Both the position numbers and the translations under genes were made by a program. A DNA stretch of 64,000 nucleotides, taken from positions 55,212,196 through 55,276,195 of the forward strand of contig NC_057718.1 in assembly GCF_004010195.1 (NCBI RefSeq), written 5' to 3'. The notes under the pieces are model-generated. The model saw nothing but the letters and a program-made list of their open reading frames with translations. It did no database searches and was not told the origin of the DNA. Shown piece by piece: positions 13,056 to 25,490 of this stretch. Numbering within the stretch: position 1 is the stretch's first letter; every line of letters starts with the position of its first letter. This stretch comes from Chiloscyllium plagiosum (taxonomy: Eukaryota).

Positions 13056-13711
13056 TGTTAACTTGTTAAGATATTCTTAATTTCACCATAAGTTAACATT
13101 CTCTCTTGATGGCGATGGCCATTGCCTTGCATTTAAGTGATGTGAATATTCCTTGCCGTGTTTAAGCCCAAGCCTTGATGTTGTCCAGGTCTTGCTGCAT
13201 TTGTACATGGACTGATTTCGTATCTGAGAGTCATTAATTATAGTGGACATAGTGCAATTGTCATCAAATATGCCTATTACCAATCTTATGATGGAGGGAC
13301 AGACATTAATGAAGCAGCTGAAGGTGGTTGGCATAGGACATTTCCCTGAGGAACTCCTGAGGGGTGTCCTGCAACTGAGATGACTGGCCTCCAACAGCCA
13401 CAGCCATCTTCCTTTGTGCCAGATATTGACTCCAACCAGCTGTGAGAGTATTCCATCTGATTCCCTTTGATTCCAGTTTTACTAGCTCCTCGATATCAAG
13501 GTCAGTCACTATCACCTCACCTCTAGGATTCAACTCTTTTGGCCATGTTTGAACCAAGACAGGAATGAGGTTGGGAACTGAGTGGTCCTGATAGAACCCA
13601 GTCAGAATATCAGTGAGCAGATTTTTGCTGAGTGAGTGCTGCTTGATAGTAGTATTGCTAACACCTTCCATCACTTGACTGATAATCAAGAGCAGACTGA
13701 GAGCAGTAATT

Positions 13712-13840
13712 TTATCTCTCCACCCTGCAGGCACTCTGCTTCTATTCCTGATGAAGGGCTTTTGCCGGAAACATCAATTTTCCTGCTCCTCGGATGCTGC
13801 CTGACCTGCTGTGCTTTTCCAGCACCACTCTGATCTAGAC
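13712..13840 (+). mobile_element. Penelope-like terminal fragment (family P1)
   Basis: Same sequence as the P1 arms at 16801-17078; flanked by the exact 16-bp direct repeat actgagagcagtaatt (13696-13711, 13841-13856). Confidence 0.8.
13745..13778 (+). ncRNA. Minimal hammerhead ribozyme motif (PLE-type)
   Basis: CTGATGA, stem ggc-tttt-gcc, GAAAC, ATC. Confidence 0.55.
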
Positions 13841-15213
13841 ACTGAGAGCAGTAATTGGCTGAGATGCATTTGTCTTGCTTTTTGTGTCCAGGATGTATCT
13901 GGAAAATGTTCAATTTTGTCTGGTAGATGCCAGTGTTCTAACTATGCTGGCTAGGGAATGTGGCTAATTCTGGAGGACGTCTTCAATATTATTAACACAA
14001 TGTTATCAGAGCCTTTGCAGTAAGTATCCAGTGCCTCCATCCATTTCTTGCCATCACATGAAATGAATTGAATTGGCTGAAGGTCGGCACCTATGATGGT
14101 GGAGACTGTGGAGGAAGCCAAGATGAATCATCCACTTGATGCTTCTGGCTGAAGATTGTTGTGGTATCTTTGGTATATTTGCATGGCTTTTCCCTTTGTT
14201 TATGATTAAATGTTGGAAAAGAATGTATGAAAGGGTTTGTTTTAATATTTTAACTATGTAAAGCTATCATTAATTTCAAACTGGAGTTGAATGACAAATT
14301 TGCAAGCAATAATTCTGTTATTAATGTTGCAATTTTTAAAATAAACTGTTAAATTAGGTAAATCCCAAATTAACCCTTTAGGTTTAGGCTCTGAAAAAAC
14401 CTATTTCTTCCAGGCTTTGGGCATCACCACTAAAATCTTTGGAGGTCCATTGAAATTTTGAGTAATGTACAACTCATCAAGGTCAGTGACAAAATGGGAG
14501 CAAGTGAAGCAACATGGCTGAACATATGGAACATCTCTCCCTTCTTCAGTGGCTTGGTGATCATGCAAGTTTATGACAATGGCAGTGTGTACAACCCTGA
14601 GGTCCTAGTTATCACTGAAGAAACTCAGCAGAACGGTTTTCCGAATGGAGTTTGCAATATGGCCATCATGTGCCTGCAAATTGGTTATCCAAACATTATC
14701 TCTGTACCACATTCCATCATCAACAGCTGCAGGTGGGGGCAGCCTGAATTTGCAGAACGTGTCATGAGTCTGCTGATGTCACTGTATATTTTACTGTATG
14801 TGATTTGTTTTTTTGTAGATCAAAGCCAAAATATTATCTTTTGGTTTCTAACCTTGCTAATTGTTAATCTTTTGTTTCTGGTCATGTGATTTTTTTTTTT
14901 GGAGAAAATATTAACAATTTAGCAGGAAGCTGGTTGGATCAGCTCAGTGCAGTTAATGTCATTATTGGCCACCTTCTGTGTTGACTTGAAATGCCTGTGT
15001 CTGTTGATCAATTTTAGTATTTACATGGCAAAATAAATCTGCTTTTTAGCTAAAAGAAATCACTGGCTCCCTATGGATTTCCATTAAGTTGTAGAATAGT
15101 CCTTCCAGAGGTTCAACACAGTGTGTTTAATAGTAATAACAGAGTTCTGTTTCAACAATCCCTTACATGTAATTTTGCAACAGAATTAGGTTCTTCATTC
15201 CACACCTTAACTG

Positions 15214-15410
15214 AGTTAAAAATCACACAATACCAGGTTATAGTCCAAACAGGTTTATTTGAAAGCACTAGCTTCTTCATCATGTGGTTCACAGGAACGG
15301 CGCTTCAAAAGCTAGTGCTTCCAAATAAACCTGTTGGACTATAACCTGGTGTTGTGTGATATTTAACTTTGTAAACCCCAGTCCAACATTGGTACCTCCA
15401 AATCATGATA
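15214..15410. mobile_element. Penelope-like inverted terminal fragment (family P2)
   Basis: gttaaaaatcacacaataccaggttatagtcc...aagcactagct followed by its reverse complement; same terminus as 20052 and 46990-47100. Confidence 0.8.
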
Positions 15411-15629
15411 TCTTAAGTAATTATCCCATCTCTAAACTGCTTTAATCTGATTTATTCTGCTGAGCAGAATACGCTCAGAGATCAAACATTGCACAGTTCT
15501 GCTCCACATGATTTGTTGAAACATCTGGTAATGCATTTGACAGAGAAAGAGGTAGATCTTACAAAAAAAACTTGCATACATTTTAATTCCTATCAACAAT
15601 TAATTGCATTTCAAGTTGAGAGCCTTGAC

Positions 15630-15880
15630 TCATTAATAGCATTTCACCTCTGACCCCAGGGCATATATGTTCAAGTTCCTTTCCATTGACCATATAATCT
15701 AGGCTGAGATTTCAGTGGAGCATTGCACAAGTACTTATCGGCAAAGTTGAGGCCCTTAAGGCGAAATGTGACTGTGGCAGCCTGTTTTCAAAAATGACAA
15801 GAAACACTGAATAATGGTTAACAGTTACTTTTCGTATTGAAAGACGATATACAGCCATATTTCCAGGGGTAATTTCAGAA
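15630..15880 (+). mobile_element. Possible Deu-domain SINE remnant (SacSINE1/AmnSINE-like)
   Basis: cacctctga...gttcaagt...ataatctaggctga...cagtg resembles the recalled head of DeuSINEs; very decayed. Confidence 0.3.
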
Positions 15881-16124
15881 CCACTTTTTTTAAATGACTT
15901 GGGCTTTAGTAATGTAGCACGCAATTCCACAATTTGTAGGTGACAGTTTGAAAGTGCTGTGAACTGTCACAGAAATAGTGACGGACTTAAGAGAACTTAG
16001 ACTGGTGGAGTGGTTAGATAAGTGATAGTTAAAATGTAACCAGCAAAATGTGGCGTGATACATTTTAGTAGGAAAAGAAAGGAGCAGAAATATAAACTGG
16101 AGAGAACATTTCTGAAAGGAATAG

Positions 16125-16590
16125 AAGTTTGAGTCTATTCTCCATGAAGAAATAGCAAGGCATCTAGATAGAAATGGTCCTATTGGGAAGACGCAACATG
16201 GGTTCATGAAGGGCAGGTCATACTTAACTAATGTACTGAAATTCAATGAAGATATGAGCACGGTGGGCAGTGGGGACCCAGTAGGTGTAGTGTATCTAGA
16301 TTTACAAAAGGCATTTGACCAAGTGCCGCACAAAAGGCTGCTGCATAAGATTAAGATGCAAGGTGTTACGAGCAATGTATTAGCATGGGTAGAGGATTAC
16401 TTAACTAACAGGAAGCAAAGACTGGGATAAATGACTGCTTCTCTGGTTGGCAATCCGTGACAAGTAGTATGCCTCGGATCAATATTAGGACCACAATTAT
16501 TCATAATTTTCATAGATGATTTGTAGTTCGGCACCACACGTAGTGTGTCAAAGTTTGCGGATAACACCAAGATAAGTGGTACAGCAACGT
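16125..16590 (+). mobile_element. CR1 RT fragment
   Basis: ORF 16206..16430 (GRSYLTNVLKF...VVYLDLQKAFDQVPHKRLL) followed by FADNTK. Confidence 0.88.
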
Positions 16591-16800
16591 TTCAATATAC
16601 TTTAATTGCTGTTTAACTGTGTGCATCTATAAAGCCTAAGATCCCACCTGCCCTTTAAACACCTTTCTCAATCTGGCTTCAATGATTAGTGCACATGTAC
16701 CCCAGACTTTTAGAACATAAGAACTAGGAGCAGGAGTAGGCCATCTGGCCCTTTGAGCCTGCTTCTCCATTCAATAAGATCATGGCTGATCTTTTTGTGG

Positions 16801-17078
16801 AGAAAGTGAGGACTGCAGATGCTGGAGATCAGAGCTGAAAATGTGTTGCTGGAAAAGCGCAGCAGGTCAGGCAGCATCCAAGGTACAGGAGAATCGACGT
16901 TTCGGGCATAAGCCCTTCTTCAGGAATCAGAGGAGGACTTAAGCATAATGTAAAGCATAATGGAAGCTGTTAAGCTTAATCATTCCTGAAGAAGGGCTTA
17001 TGCCCAAAACGTTGATTCTCCTGTTCCTTGGATGCTGCCTGACCTGCTGCGCTTTTCCAGCAACACATTTTCAGCTCA
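16801..17078. mobile_element. Penelope-like inverted structure (family P1)
   Basis: ~100-bp near-perfect inverted arms (about 16827-16927 and 16982-17078); 13-bp direct repeat gatctttttgtgg at 16788-16800 and 17079-17091. Confidence 0.85.
16891..16927 (-). ncRNA. Minimal hammerhead ribozyme motif with intact core
   Basis: Minus strand attcCTGAAGAagggc-ttat-gcccGAAAcGTCgattc: CUGANGA, stem II, GAAA, GUC triplet. Confidence 0.65.
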
Positions 17079-18744
17079 GATCTTTTTGTGGCCTCAGCTC
17101 CACTTACCCGCCCTCTCACCAAAACCCTTAATTGCTTTACTGTTCGAAGCATTATCCATCTTAGCTTTAAAAACTTATTGAGGTAGCCTCAACTGCTCCA
17201 CTGGGCAGGAAATTCCATGGATTCACAACCCTCTGGATGAAGAAGTTCCTTCTAGATTCAGTCTCAAATCAGCTTCCCCTAATTTTGAGGCTATGCCCTC
17301 TTGTCCTAGTTTCATCTGCCAGTAGAAGTATCCTCTCTACTTCTAACTTATCTATTCCCTTCATAATTTTATATGTTTCTCTGAGATACCCTGTCATTCT
17401 TCTAAGTTCCCATGTATATAGTCTACTAAGTCTCTCCTCATATGCCAATCTCTTCAACTCCGGAATCAATCCTCCTCTGCATCCCCTCCAGTGCCAGTAC
17501 ATCCTTGCTCATGTAAGGGGACCAGAACTGCATGCAGCACTCTAGGTGTAGCCTCACCAGCACCTTGTTCAGCTGCAACATAGCCTCCCTGCTTTTGAAC
17601 TCAAACCCTTTACCAATGAAGGACAAAATTCCATTTGCCTTCCTAATTACCTATTGCACCTGCAGACCAACCTTCTGTGATTTATGCACAAGGATGCACA
17701 TGTCCTTCTACAGAGCTGAATTTTTTTTTACCATTCAAGTAATAGTCCTTTTTACTGTTATTCCTACCATATTTATTAACATGGTACTCCATTGGCCAGA
17801 TCTTTGCCCACTAACTCAAACTATCTATGACCCTTTGCAAAGTTTCACAGTCCTCTGCACACTTCAACTATGAGGGTAGATTGGAGAAATTAGAATAGTT
17901 TACTTAGAGAAGAGGTTGAAATGTAATTTGTGAGAGGTGCTTAAAATAATGAAGGGTCCACACAGAGCGTTTGAGAGGCAGAGGCTATGTATTTAAAACG
18001 AGCAACTAGAATCTGGGATGCATTGCTTAAGAGTGTTTTGGAGGAAGATTCAATTGTAGCTTTTGAAAGGGAATTAGTTATGTATTTATTAAAATTTAAT
18101 ATTAAAAGAAAATGTGCAAAGGAAGGGAGTGATCTAGTTGAATTAGTCTTGTAGACATCAGTGTTTTGAATTATTTCTTTTTATACTGCAACTATTCTGT
18201 GATTCCTTTCTTTCTCCTTTGCATTGTTTCATTTGAGAGGTGGCGCTTTCACTGCATTTCCTGGATGGAATCTGCCCATAGTTACTGGCATACTCTGGGG
18301 TGGCTTCTCAGCCACAAATGATATGTGGATGGATTCAACCAATGTTAAATGGGAAGTAAGCTTCAACCAGAGCATAGTGTGGTGAAAGTAATGTGAAAAT
18401 AGAATATGCAAGTTGATTTCTTACATTAAGTGCTCTTTAGTTATTCATTGGATGTCGATTGCTTGCAATGTCCTAAGAAATATGCTTTGATGTAGTTTGA
18501 TTTAAATTATTCCAATTTCTTGCTTGCTTGGTTTCCAGTGGTAGCATGGAAAAAATAACTTTAGTATATTTGTAAAAGTAAGGTTAGTTAAATTCTAGTA
18601 TGTTGTATGATCCTTTATTGCATTATGTAAGCATTTTAATGTCAACATCCATGAGAAAAAGTTGTAAGAAATAGGAGTACATTTTGAAACCTTGTGCTTT
18701 ACTTATCATGCTTACTTCATATCCTGGATTCTTATAAAGATAGA

Positions 18745-19190
18745 AAGGAACATAGGAATTGGGAGCAGGAGTAAGCAATTCAGCACTTCGAGCCACTCTG
18801 CCAGTTGACATGATCATGGATGATCTTATCCTGGTCTCAGTTCCACTTCCTGCCTGTTCTACATATCCCTTTATCCCCTTTTCAACAGAAACATTTTTTT
18901 TTCTTGAATCTGTTGATTGATTCTGCCTCCACTGCATTCTGGGGCAGTGAGTTCCACAGACACTCAATCGTCTTAGAGAAATAGTTTCTCCTCATGTCAG
19001 TTTTGAACTTAAGTCCTCATCCTATATCTATGACCTCTTGTTTGAGACTGTACCAACGTCCACTGACATTTTATATACCTCAATCACATCCCCCCCACCT
19101 CATTCTTCTGAATGGCAGCAAGTACAAGCCCAAGCAGTTCAACCTTGCCTTGTATGACAGCCCTTTCATCCCTGAAATCAGGAACTATGG
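18745..19190 (-). mobile_element. CR1 3' fragment
   Basis: Tail gaacataggaattgggagcaggagta; gagttccacaga...cactgcattctggggc is the reverse of the WNSLP...AVEA region. Confidence 0.75.
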
Positions 19191-20090
19191 CCAAGCACTT
19201 GCCAAATTGAATATTCTTGCTTTGGCTTAACATTCCAAACGTGAAGAAAATCCTTTGTTAACAAACAAAAATAAAACTCATTCCATGAGATTTACAAATA
19301 AGTAAAATATATAAAATTTGTGTGGAATACATGTTGTGATGAGTTTTGACCTTCGTCCTCAAAGGTGAGTGCATTAGATGATAGTATGTGCTGAATGAAT
19401 TAGTATTATTAACGTTGTGTGTGGTCAGAATAATATGTAAAGCATAATGGAAGCTGTTAAGCTTACATCATCAACACTCAATTGAGAGAAGGAAACTGGG
19501 TTAATGATTAACTTTTACAAAGAATACATTGTCCTGATTTTTTAAGGAATTGAAATTTAATAGAACTACGAGTGTTATAAATGATAATTAAACATGTCTA
19601 AATTATGAGACAAGTTCAGATGTGTAATGGTTCCCTCTGCACCAACTAGCTGTTTAAAGGAATCAGCATTGGATTTTCAGGTGAGGTGCTTTTAACTACT
19701 TTTGCTGCTGCAGAGTGAGTGAAGGTAATGTTTCACTGTTGTTGGAGGACTTCAGAAAAGTTTCTGGAGTCAGGGAGTATTACTGAATTTTCTTTGGGAA
19801 TTTAGGAGACCTGGCAGTAGAAAGCCTGTGTTCAGTAATGGGAGTTATACTTGCAGCATCTCTTGGGCTGTGTGAAAGGGACAAGGAGCATAGGCAGCAG
19901 AACTGGAAAGCTGTGAGCAAATTTGAGAGCAGTAGGATTATTTTTAAAAAAGTCCATGAACCATTTTCTCCATGTCAATATTAGCCAAGTGTTCTAAGAA
20001 ATTACGATGTGAGGAGGTGACTAGGTCTGTAGATGAGGATAGTGCAGTTGGCACAAAGTTAAAAATCACACAGCACACAGGTTTATTTGG

Positions 20091-20130
20091 AAGCACTAGC
20101 TTTCGGTACACTGCTCCTTCATCAGGTGGT
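20091..20130 (-). ncRNA. Minimal hammerhead motif (P2)
   Basis: Minus strand cacCTGATGAaggagc-agt-gtaccGAAAgCTAgtg; stem II partly mutated; cac/gtg can close stem I. Confidence 0.55.
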
Positions 20131-21167
20131 TGTGGAGTATAAGCTAATAAGACACAGAATTTATAGCTAAAGTTTACAGTATGATGCAACTGAAATTATA
20201 TATTGAAAAAGACCTGGATTGTTAGTTAAGACTCATCTTTTAGAATGACCATGTTGGTTTCAGTTCTTTCATATGTAAATCCCAGAACTTTATTTCAAAG
20301 TTACATTCTCAAGTGAACTTTAGCAGTTGGTGCCATGTCAGCCCAGATAATGCTTTGAAGGTGTAAGGTGCCTGTGTGTGCCCCAATGTTCAGACTGATT
20401 CTATTTCTAAAAAAGGGATTTACAGAATCTTACATGAATTCATGCAGTTTTTGAGCAAAGTAAAGTGTAATTCTGCAAGTACAAATTCACCCCACAAACT
20501 TGGGGGGGTGGTTTGAGTGTCTGTGAGAGAGTGTGTATGAGTGAGTGTAAAGGGGTATAAAACTGAGAGGGTGCGTGTGTGGGCGTGAGTGGGACTATAC
20601 ATGTAAGCATATGAGTGAGAGCTTGTGTAGTCTGTAGGTGTGTGTGTCTCTCCTGTAGTGTAACATGAATCCAAGGTCCATAGATTCAGGACAACACCAT
20701 ACAACCTTGTCGTGGCAGACGCTGCAAGATGTGTCAGATTGTCAACACGGATACCGCCATTACACGTGGGGACACCACCCACCATGTATGCGGCAGGTAC
20801 TCGGGTGACTCAGCCAACGTTGCCTATCTCATACGCTGCAGGAAAAATGCCCGTGGCATGGGACATTGGTGAGACCGAGCAGCGGCTTTGGCAACAGATG
20901 AATGGACGCCGCACAACAATCAACCAATAGGAGTGTTCTCTCCCAGTCGGAGAACACTCAGCAGTCTTGGACCTTCGGCTGACCATCCTCCAAGGCGGAC
21001 TTTGGGACAGGCAACAACGCAGAGTGACCAAGCGAAGGCTGATAGCCATGTTCGGTACCCATGGGGATGGCCTCAACCAGGTGACTCCATGCCAATCTTA
21101 GCCTAGTGTTCTAAGGAATTACAATTTGAGGAGGTCACACTACAGGTGACCCTACTGTATTACATAC

Positions 21168-21185
21168 ACTCTCTCTCTCTCACTC

Positions 21186-21235
<50 letters not shown>
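21168..21235. repeat. (CT)n(CA)n microsatellite in the PLE UTR
   Basis: Directly visible. Confidence 0.95.
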
Positions 21236-21238
<3 letters not shown>

Positions 21239-21452
21239 ACCCATACACTCATGCAGACCCTCTCTTATACACAAGTTCTCTCTGATACGCTCACACATGC
21301 ACACCCACACCCACACTTACACCCACACATGCGAATGATGCACCCCCATCATGAACAAAATGTGTGCCTACAGCAAGAACTATAGTGCCACCAGTTGGTG
21401 CAGACTTGTGCACGTCTAAAATAATGGTGCGGCTGCCGGGACTGGTTGGGGG

Positions 21453-21953
21453 TATAGTGGTTGTGATGAACTCAGCTAGGTGGACCTCATTTACAACCTC
21501 ATTGGGGTTGTTAACCTGGTCCAATCAGGGAGCCTGGCTGACAGATATAGACAGGACTGTCTTGCCCTTTGATGTGAAGGGCAGTGCCTATCACTGGCTA
21601 CTCAGGTGTTTTCCTGTCTTCCTGGTGGTGGAAACTGAATAAAGATTTGTGCACCTTGTGTCTTTCACTGTGTATCACTGTTGCGCACATACACACCATG
21701 AGTGCTGGGGAAAAAATAAGCACTACTGCAGTTAGGCGGTAGTGTGGGGAAAAAAGGAAAAAAAAAAGGAGATTCACACAGCATTAGAAAGAAAAAAAAT
21801 AAATAGGAGATTCACACAGCGGAAAAAAAAATAAACAGGAGTGTCAGAGGTTCTGTTCACTGTGAGAGCCGGCTTTGAAAAGCCAGACCAGTATCAAATA
21901 TTATGCCCGTGTAAATAAAGGGTGACTTGGTGATGACCTTTGGAGTTATTTCA
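21453..21953 (+). repeat. Gypsy 5' LTR, containing a 274-bp insertion
   Basis: Starts tatagtggttgtgatga, ends atttca directly before the PBS; aligns with 25491-25669. Confidence 0.8.
21557..21830 (+). mobile_element. Short non-LTR 3' end (possibly L1/Tx1-like) inserted in the 5' LTR
   Basis: AATAAA, A-rich tail with repeated aggagattcacacagc, near-TSD atagacagga (21547-21556) and ataaacagga (21831-21840); absent from the 3' LTR. Confidence 0.6.
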
Positions 21954-22608
21954 GTGGCGACAAGAGAAAAAAATACGGTCCTGAAGAAATTCATTCGCAG
22001 CAGTCGTCTTTGAGCGAGCGTAAGCATTTCTGGCATCATGCTGTTATTTGGGAAGCTTGACTCCTTTGATCCTGCCATTGAAGACTGGTGTCATTATGCA
22101 GAAAGAATGCATTTCTTTTCCAGGAAGTTGACATTGGGGCAGATGAAAACCAATGAGTAACTCTCCTGACATCTTGTTTGTTTGGAACGGTTAAATTGCT
22201 CAGCAATATCCAAATCAGAACCAATCAAAGTAAACATCTAGTTAAATGGTCACCTGATGCTAATGGAGGTTGATACTGATGCAGTTGAATCAGTGATCGC
22301 AGAACCAGTCTTTAACAAAATTCGGTCTGGTCTCCAACTCTTAAATTTGCTTAAGACCTTGGCTACACTGACAACCTATGCCAGGGAACCTTTACGATTA
22401 AGGGAACAGCTTCTGTTCTGGCCTAGTATGAGAAGCACCTGGTTCAGTTACCAATGGTTGCAGTAAAAGGCTCAGGCCCAAGCTTGTTGGGGCAAAATTG
22501 GTTGAGAAAGATTCATATTGATTGGCTCAATATTTTTCAATTAGAAAATTGCTGCCTGAGAGAAGTCCTAATTAAATATCTGTATGTCTTTCAGGAAGGT
22601 CCAGAGAC

Positions 22609-23417
22609 TGTTATAAGGATGTTGCCAGGGTTGGAGGGTTTGAGCCGTAGTGGGAGGCTGAATAGACTGGGACTATTTTCCCTGGAGTGTCAGAGGCTAA
22701 CCGTTATAGAGGTTTATAATATCATGAGGTGCGTAGATAGTCAAAGCCTTTTCCCAAGGTAAGGAAGTACAAAACTAGAAGACGTAGGTTTAAGGTGAGA
22801 GGGAAAGATTTAAAAAGGACACGTTTTTCACACAGGTGGCAGTGTGAGTATGGAATGACCTGGCAGAAGTCATGGAGGCTGATCCAATTACAACATTTAA
22901 AAGGCATCTGGATGGTTACATGATGAGGAAGCATTTAGAGGAATATGGGCCAAATGTTGACCTTATAAAATGATGAGGGGCATGGATAGGCAAGGTCTTT
23001 TCCCAGGGGTGTGGGGAGTCCAAAACTAGAGGGCATAGGTTTAGGGTGCGAGGGGGAAAGATTTAAAAGTAACCTAAGAAGCAACTTTTTCTTCCAGAGG
23101 ATGGTGCATGTATGGAACGAGCTGCCAGAGGAAGTGGTGGAGGCTGGTACAATTAGTGTTTAAAAGGCATCTGAATGGGTATGTGAATAAGAAGGGTTTA
23201 GAGGGATATGGGCCAAGTGCTGGCAAATGGGACTAGATTAGTTTAGGATACCTGGTTGACATGGATGAATTGGACCAAAGGATCTGTTTCCGTGCTGTAC
23301 ACCTGTGACTGTATAATTCTAAATGGGACTAGGTTAATTTAGGATATCTGGATAGTGTGGACGAGTTAGTGTGAAGGGTCTGTTTACGTGCTGTACATCT
23401 CTATGATTCTATGACTA
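22609..23417 (+). mobile_element. Stacked CR1/HER1 3' fragments inside the Gypsy pol region
   Basis: RMLPGLEGLS..RLNRLGLFSLE; two TRG.RF.V..WN.LP segments and duplicated tails ending ctctatgattctatgact. Confidence 0.87.
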
Positions 23418-24094
23418 TCAAAGGAGCCAAGGCCATCTTGCATGTTGACCAGGAAGCAATTCCATGATCTTTGCAAGACCAGCCCAGTACCATTTGTCTT
23501 GTGTGCAATAGTAGAGGCAGAAAGGAAGAGGGAGGAGAGTGAAGGAATCATCAAACCAGTCCAGTTTGCAGAATGGGCAGCACCAGTCATATGAAATTGT
23601 GAAGCTTGATGAGTTGATTTGCCTTTGTGGCGAATTTAAATAAACAATAAACTGCTTATTACAGATGGATATATACCCAATCCCTTGCATAAAGGACTAA
23701 AATGCACAGCTGGTAAGGGAGCTGTCCTTCATGAAGCTGGACATGAGCCATGCGTATCTACAATTGCGGTTAGATGACCATTCCCAGAAGCATGCTACAA
23801 ATAATACCCATGAGGGTTTGTATCAATATACAAGACTGCCATTTGGGGTATCGTCCTCCTGTAAAATTTTCATTGGGCAATGGAGATCATTTTACAAGAT
23901 CTACCCCAGATTGCCATTTATCTGAATGATGTACTAATAACAGGGAAGACCAATAAAGAACAACTAGAGAACTTGGATGTAGTCCTTCGACATTTCTCCA
24001 AGAAGGGTGTATGCCTTATAAGGGAAAAATATGTGCTTCAAACACCATGTGACCTACTTAGGCTGCAGAGTTGATAAGATTAGATGCAGACCAT

Positions 24095-24418
24095 GGGTGG
24101 CACGGTGGCACAGTGGTTAGCACTGCTGCCTCACAGTACCAGAGACCCGGGTTCAATTCGCGCCTCAGGCGACTGACTGTGTGGAGTTTGCACATTCTCC
24201 CCGTGTCTGCGTGGGTTTCCTCCGGGTGCTCCGGTTTCCTCCCACAGTCCAAAAATGTGCAGGTTAGGTGAATTGACCACGCTAAATTGCCCTTAGTGTT
24301 AGGGGCAGGGTAAATGTAGGGGAACGGGTCTGGGTGGGTTGCGCTTCGGCGGGTCAGTGTGGACTTGTCGGGCCGAAGGGCCTGTTTCCACACTGTAAGT
24401 AATCTAATCTAAATCTAA
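24095..24418 (+). mobile_element. HE1-type V-SINE inside Gypsy
   Basis: Near-consensus copy with (aatct)n tail. Confidence 0.95.
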
Positions 24419-25490
24419 ACATTGCTGAGTTGGTGGCTCAGTGACTAGAATGTCAACAAGGACAAACATTATCACCAGAAGCCTCTCCCATGTTCATGGG
24501 AATTGCTGGATAAATCCTGGACAGTGGGCCTTTCTTGGGCTCAGTGTTCTTAGCTATTATGGATGCCCATTCCAAACTGGTTGTACATGCATAGAGTTCA
24601 TTCGTCAAACACATGGACAGTGATTGAAAAGCTGCAAGCATCTTTGTGATGCACGGGTTCCCGAAATTGTTGGTCACAGACAACAGGCCATCATTTACCA
24701 GCAGGAAATTCGAGTATCTCCTAAAGGTGAAGGGCAGTTGGCGGAAAAGAATAGCTCCATATCGTCCATCATCCAGTGGTCTAGCAGAAAGAGCAGTCTA
24801 AACTTTGCTGGCAGGCTTAAAGAAACAGCTTACAGCTTCACTTGATACCAAACTGTCCCAGTTCCTATTTTATTACTGGACCACTCATGCAGCTATAGGG
24901 ATAGCTCCAGCAAAGTTGCTAATGAGGAGAAGACTCTGCATCAGATTAAGTCTTATCTTCCTGGACCTGGGGGAGGGGGTGAAATGGCATCATGAATGCC
25001 CTCTAAGCAAGAGAGACAGTTTATTTCAGGGGGTAAAGTTTGGTGCCAAAACCATCAAAATGGCCTGAGATGGGTAAGAGGTCAGGTACCGTGATATATA
25101 AAGTTTGGGTCAATGAGTTGATATTTAACAAGAACGTGGACCACATGAAAGCTGCAAACTCACAAATGGGGCAGGAGCAAAACATTCCCACACCCTCAGA
25201 ACAGCTGGAAAGACTCTGGAAAGCCGTGGGTTCTCCCTTTCTGTCTAGCATCTAAGAAGCCTCGGAATCTGAGATGGACATGGTGGATGTCACAGCCTTG
25301 ACACCTTTACCATTTGAAAAAGAGGATGAATTTCTTCCAGGATGCCCCGTTCACAAGAGGTGGGCTATAGTCCGATACATGCTACATATGTCTGAGACAG
25401 AGTTGGAGGAGCCAGAGTCAGTGTGAAAACACCCCAAGAGAGGCTACAAGAGAAAGAACAGGCCTTTGCCTCCAGATTAAGGGGGAGGAA

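Larger units (their letters stand above)
13084..14170 (-). mobile_element. CR1/L2-group LINE (here LINE-X), RT fragment
   Basis: Minus-strand PTTFSCFINVCPSIIRLVIGIFDDNCTM (degenerate F.DD) and SLLLIISQVMEGV...GFYQDHSVPNLI; same family as 49510-51010. Confidence 0.8.
16711..17870 (-). mobile_element. CR1 3' fragment interrupted by a PLE
   Basis: Minus ORFs LVRLHLECCMQFWSPY and YEERLSRL...TRGHSLKIRG; tail agaacataagaactaggagcaggagtaggcc. Confidence 0.88.
20052..21360. mobile_element. Penelope-like element (family P2): inverted terminal copy plus GIY-YIG endonuclease remnant
   Basis: 20052-20680 is the reverse complement of the terminus at 46440-47100. 20695-21080 (+) translates PCRGRRCKMCQ...ANVAYLIRCRK / IGETEQRLWQQMNG...LIAMFGTHGDGLN: a Cys motif plus GIY-YIG endonuclease of PLEs. 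A CA-rich UTR follows. Confidence 0.87.

Noticed and set aside
14458..14889. 143-aa ORF with hydrophobic C-terminus
   Set aside because: Non-ATG start, no recognisable domain or exon structure; the hydrophobic end comes from T-rich sequence.
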